Shown here piece by piece: positions 58,581-64,000 of a stretch of DNA of 64,000 bases. The notes under the pieces are model-generated. The model was not told the origin of the DNA. It saw only the letters and a program-made list of their open reading frames with translations, and made no database searches. A program made the position numbers and the translations under genes. Positions within the stretch are counted from its first letter, which is position 1. Each line of letters opens with the position of its first letter. Source of the DNA: the human T2T-CHM13v2.0 reference genome, Homo sapiens; assembly GCF_009914755.1 (NCBI RefSeq), contig NC_060928.1, one strand, 5' to 3'.

Positions 58581-61500
58581 TTTCAGAGGAGTTTTTTTGT
58601 GCAGATATAGGAGTGTGTATGTGTGGAGGGGTGCATGTATATGTGCATGTGTGTAATAAATGTGATAAAGGCTCTGTATAGTGCCTAGCATACAGGATGG
58701 TCAACAAGTGTCCACCAAATGGATAGATACAGATGCTAATGAATATTAGCAAATATCACAAAATTTTCCTCAAGAGTCTGTGGCATTAGGGTGTCACAAA
58801 AAACCCAACTTTGGATAATTGTAGATACATTTCTTTTTTTTTAAGTAAATTTTCTTTGGTGGATTGACTATGTATTTGAGCTAAGACTGATTACTTATAT
58901 TATTTTACAACATACATCAGTGGGTTTCTCTGGGGAAGCCAGAAAAGCAGTGTGCTTTATGAGGCTGCTTTGACCGAGAACAATCTACTCAACGTTATCA
59001 AAGCTTTATGTTAAATGATTAGAAAACATGGATCAAAAAGTGACCTGCTTTGTTTGATCGCTTTCATGATTAATACAAAGTGATTTGATCTAATGCAAAA
59101 CAGATCACTTTTTTCATTAATCATGAGAGTGATCTTTGCGTTAATCATGAACAAGTGATCTAAATCTCTGTTCGGTTAAGCTGCAGCAGTTACTATTACA
59201 TTTTAGAGTAAGATTGTTTTCCTCTAGAAGCTTTGTGTCAAGATAGGATTTCATCATACAAGAAGAATATATCAAACACCCTCTTCTATGAGAGACTACT
59301 CCCAAACAGTACATAAAGAGGTAAAATTTGCTTTGGTTTGGGTGGACTGAATTCTAGCTAGTGTGTTTGCACATAGAATTTGTCTAGAAGGCAGCCTTAA
59401 AGTCTAACTAGGCATAATTTTACCATGTTTTAATGCATCATATGTTTAGGGCATTGTTTTTCAAATCTTTTATGTTTTCCACTTAGTTTTCAGAAAGAGA
59501 GAGAGAAATGTTTGTCAGTTGAAAAGAACTTACATGTAAAATAATTGAAAGATCTCATTCTGAAGCCCCTTAATTATTCTAATCTTGTTTTTATTGTCAA
59601 CTGAAGAATGACAAGGTTCATGAATTTGGAAAGGAGAGCTTTATTTCTCATAAAAGGTTGCAGCTTTCAAGGTGGCCATTTTGACAGGCTAGGAAGCATA
59701 ATCTCTGACTAGAAGTCAAAAACAGACACTTCAGGGGAGGGGAAAAGGGAACAAGAATTTTTACTGAACAGAATGGCCAAATATACATATTCAATAATCT
59801 ATACGAGGAGTCATGAATATTTATGAGGAGAAATGTGTGCATGTGCAATTGAGATTTATGCCCCTCCATGAGTCCCATGTACAAAAAATTGCCACTTTAG
59901 CATAATTCTAGGGTGAACTTTTTGGCCCTCTGACATCAAAAGGTGAAGCAAGGACACAAAATACTTTACTGTGCATTCTCCATAGACTGGACAGAACCAG
60001 TGCATGGTTGGTGGTCTCTTATTAGGCAAGAAAGAAGGGGCAGCATCAGGTGGTTTGTTGATACCAGCAGTGGAATCTTTTGAAAGAGTTTGTTTCTGTT
60101 AAACCCTTAGGGAAGAAAGCATAATTATGGTTAGCGAGAGAGGGGAATAATAAGGTTTGTCTGACCATCCCCCATTCTATCATGGCTGAAAACTCAGTTT
60201 TCAAGTTTACTCTGTGGTCCCCTTGACCAAGAGAGGGTTCCCTCAGACAGTTGGGGCACTTAGACTTTTATTTTTAGGTTACAGTCTCCCCTTTTAGGCC
60301 AAAATCTGTCAGAGGCAACATCAGTGGCCAAAGTTTTATTTTGTTCCATATTGTTGCTGGGGTGGTGTGGCTACCTGCCCCAGGTTCACTGTGTCCCTCA
60401 GTGGGACCCCTATGGCCAAGGGACTTAGAGCCAAAAGACTTACAACCAGTTTAAACATTCTAGGCCAGACAGGAATGAAGGTGGGCAGGCACCCACCAAC
60501 CCTTAATACCTTTTAAGCAACACAACCAAAAACCAAATCTAAAAAGCAAGATTACAAAACTGACTTATCCATAAGTTCTACATGTTAAGTTACTTTAATC
60601 TTGGCTTTAGTTACAGACTTGCAGCAATAAATTATACAAAACATAAATGTTTTGCTAAAACCATTTAAGTGAAGGAATCTAGAGACTTTTATTGTGTCAT
60701 AATCTTTTTGTGATTTCTTTTTTAATCTGTTCTAAGGTGGCCCAAAATTTCTTGTATCTCCATTTATATAAACCCCATAACTGGTAACAACTATACCCAG
60801 AAGATTCTGTCACCAGATACCTTTTTATCCTTTCAGTAATTTTTTATGGTTGGGATGGAAAAAAAGCAGCCCCATAGTGGCCTAGCAGGCAAAGTCTCAC
60901 AGTTTATCAGCTTTTTTAGGCATATGTGTGCTCATCCTTGATTAAGAAAGTCTGAACTAATTCTGTCCCTTGACACTGGCCCTTCCAACCTCATGCACTC
61001 TTCTGCAGTAGTCTCTGGGCCTAGAGGGAGGGTGCTTCTGTAATTTTAACAGCAGGATGTTGGTAATAAAAACCAGATCAGACCCAACGGGATTCCAAAT
61101 GAGGAAAATTCAAAAACCTTGACAAGTCATCTCTAGCCTTTGAAATATCATGATTCTGATTTTCTTAGGAAAAGTAAGACAATAAGAGATAAATAACATT
61201 AATAAATAGACAATCAAAAGAGAATTAGTGTCAGAATGGAAAAAGAAGTTTATGCGATTAGGAAGCTAACTAAAACATCATGAAGAAAATGACAACCTGG
61301 TTATTCTTTAGAGGCTTATTGTAGCCAAGACGTAATTCATGATTCAATCCACCCTTAAAAACAAAGGTCAGGGCAGAAATTTAGTAATAGGACAGTTTTC
61401 CTTTGAAACATAATTTCTGTCTATCTAGTCCCCCTTTTCTACCAAAGAGAAATGATAGTAAAACCAATATGTGTGCAAATAAGTCTTAGGCTTATTTTTT

Positions 61501-61974
61501 TAGGCTTATAATACGTGACCTGATTGAAGTATCAAGTACAGAAAGAACTGATTGGCCATATAGGCCCTTTTTAAGTTGGCTTTGCTGGAACTTTACCTGC
61601 AAATATGTTATTCTAGTCAAAGCCTTGGTAAAACAACTGTGTCTCCAATTGCGTCCGGTTTCAAAGGAAAACAGATTCTTACTGAACTTATGCCAATAAT
61701 TATATAGCCATAGAAGAAGAATACTCACGCATAATTTCCAGATTTTGAGGAACTCAGGAAGAGAAACTCTTCCCAAACTCTTATGGACCTCTTTTGGGGA
61801 CTTCATTTGTACACTACTGTCTCCATTAGAGTGATTCAGCACAGGGTGTCCGGATCATTTTATGTCCTTCAGTCATGGGAGTGACTTCAGGTAGCATCCT
61901 GTAACCAGATAGTTAATGCCCCTCAAGTGGAAATTCTCTAGTCCAAATTCACAGTAGTTGTCATTGGAAGGCAC

Positions 61975-62309
61975 CGTATTATTCCATTCTCGCATTGCTA
62001 TAAGAAACTACCTGAGACTGGATAATTTATGAAGAAAAGAGGTTTAATTAACTAACAGTTCCATGGACTGTACAGTAAGCATGGCTAGGGAGGCCTCAGG
62101 AAACTTACAATCATAGTGGAAGGTGAAGTGGAAGCAAGCACTTCTTCACATGGTGACAAGAGAGAGAGTGAAAGGGGAAGTGCTACACACTTTTAACAAC
62201 CAGGTCTCATGAGAAAGAACTGACTATCATGAGAACAGCAAGGCAAAGTCAGCTCCTGTGATCCAACCACCTCCCATCAGGCCACTCCTCCAACATTCAA
62301 ACCATGTCA
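61975..62309 (-). mobile_element. MST/THE1-type solo LTR nested in the ERV internal region
   Basis: cattctcgcattgctataagaaactacctgagactgg...aaaccatgtca. TSD ggcac/gggac (61970-61974, 62310-62314). Confidence 0.88.
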
Positions 62310-62427
62310 GGGACTCACAGACTTTGGCCATATGCACCAGTAAACACTCCACAAAGGGCTATCAAGTGGAGAATTTGTCCATACCAGTATTCCAGCTCCC
62401 ACTCTACAGTCAGTGGACTCAGACACT

Positions 62428-62730
62428 TTCCTTTCTTTCTTTTTTTCAGTCATGGTCTCATTCCGTCACCCAGGCTGGAGTGCGGTGGCACGATGACAGC
62501 TTACTGCAGCTTCAAACTCCTAGGCTCAAGTGATCCTCCCACTTCAAACTCCCTAGTAAGTGAGACTACAGGCACAAGCAACAATGTCCGGCTATTTTTT
62601 TTTTATTTTGTGTAGAGATGGGGTCTACTATCTTGCCCGGGCTAGTTTCAAAATTCTACGTTCATGTGATCCTCTCACCTTGGCCTCCAAAATTGCTGAG
62701 ATTACAAATGTGAGCCACTATGCCTGGTGG
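62428..62730 (-). mobile_element. AluJ nested in the ERV internal region
   Basis: cccaggctggagtgcggtggcacgat...ctcctaggctcaagtgatcctcccac. Degenerate TSD ctcagacact/ctcaggcact. Confidence 0.88.
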
Positions 62731-63879
62731 CTCAGGCACTCTTACTGGTTCTTATTTGGCATATCCAATTAATATTGCTTACCAGGCAGACTTACATGTC
62801 TTCCTTTTTGTGGAATTGGGTAGGGGAAACATTCCCGAGTCAGATACAGTATCCATTTTCATAAAACATTTAGGTAAAGGAGTCACAACTACTTTACATA
62901 AAGCCTGTTTTAAACATTCTAACTTTCATAATCCTATATCTAGCAGTTTTAATTATACCTATTAACTACTATTCTAATTCTTAGTAACCCTGATTTTTAG
63001 TGAAAACCCTAGGATTAGTTAATTTATCATAACATGACTTTAAGATTTTTTTTACTGAAGAGAATTTTGAAACTTGTTTTATTTATCAAAGATTGCCAAA
63101 GTCATGTATACTAAAAGGCATTTGAGCTAGTTTCTATTTTTCTGATACAATATTTGATTTAAGCACTGAATTTTTATTTAAGCCAATTTATCAGAGCTCT
63201 TTCATATAATTTGGCAGTGAAATCAAAGAGAGAGGGGGAAGGAGTAAGGGAGGGGAGAGGAAAAAGGGGAGGGGGGGACCTGTAGAAAGAAAAAGAGAAA
63301 AAGGAGAATGAGAAACAGAAAACTCTTCTCCCTTCTCCCCCAAGGCATTTAATCACCTCTGAGTGTTACTTCAAGTGTTTCTTCCTTTTCAGAGCAAGAT
63401 CCACCTATTAGCCTTGTATTATGCTGCAGAGGCAAATCTTTGAACAGAACAGAAATAGATTACTGACATAAGACAAAAAAAAGTGAATGAAGAGATAAAA
63501 TAATTTGGATTTTATTGACCAAAATCCAAGCACTCTTAATGTCCAAATCTGCTCTTAGATGACTGGAGTTTAATCTCTTTTGTGACTGTAACAAATATAA
63601 TAGTGGGCTAGCAGTGACTGATGTTACAGGTATGTATCCAGATGCACAGAACAGCACGAAATTTATTTCTAAGAAGTCCCACATAATAAATAAACAGAGT
63701 TGCTATTATCATTATTACTAATAAGTGACATAAATAGAAAAACATGCTTTCAAATATTCTATCCCAGATAGTAGAGTATTTTTATAAGCAAAATATTAGC
63801 TTCACAGATTTGTTGTTCCTGGTTGCTGAAGCAAAGAATTCAGGCAAGGAATTGGAGGAATTTGTTTCTCAACCTTTTC

Positions 63880-64000
63880 CCATTAATACCTAGTCAGTAT
63901 TTGATCTTGGGCAAGTGCCCCAACCTCTGAATTTTAGATTTTTTCCAATTTAACTTACTTGCCTAAAAATATTGCAAACAAGATAACATTTTTATGAAGG
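63880..64000 (+). mobile_element. MIR fragment
   Basis: tgatcttgggcaagtg...aacctctgaattttagattttt. Confidence 0.5.

Larger units (their letters stand above)
59596..63225 (-). mobile_element. MER4-group ERV1 remnant: 3' LTR 59596-60283 (MER50-like), polypurine tract, internal region; no 5' LTR seen
   Basis: LTR tgtcaactgaagaatga...tttttaggttaca is followed by gtctcccctttt (reverse complement of PPT aaaaggggagac). MER4-int-like sequence follows (ttggctttgctggaacttt; aaaaggcatttgagctagtttctatttttctga). Confidence 0.78.

Overview
This is AT-rich, repeat-dense primate genomic DNA (Alu J/S/Y, L1PA/L1PB/L1M, THE1/MST/MLT, MER4-group ERV, L2, MIR, hAT fossils), probably intergenic or deep intronic. 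I can support no host protein-coding gene. Every long ORF in the track comes from LINE-1, and the short ORFs are repeat-derived or chance. I found no credible new biological system. The main points of interest are: (1) two 5'-inverted (twin-primed) L1PA3-like insertions with clear TSDs that share several variants absent from the human L1 consensus as I recall it; (2) one of them inserted at the same site as an earlier L1 and keeps a 530-aa ORF2 fragment with an intact endonuclease; (3) an L1PB block whose segments are out of order; (4) a two-LTR MaLR provirus with nested insertions; (5) a knot of interlocking inverted repeats near 59.1 kb; (6) a strong minus-strand bias among young retroelements; and (7) a candidate non-coding exon and a candidate enhancer. 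Repeat subfamily names come from recalled consensus sequences, boundaries of old repeats are approximate, and the species cannot be fixed from the sequence alone.
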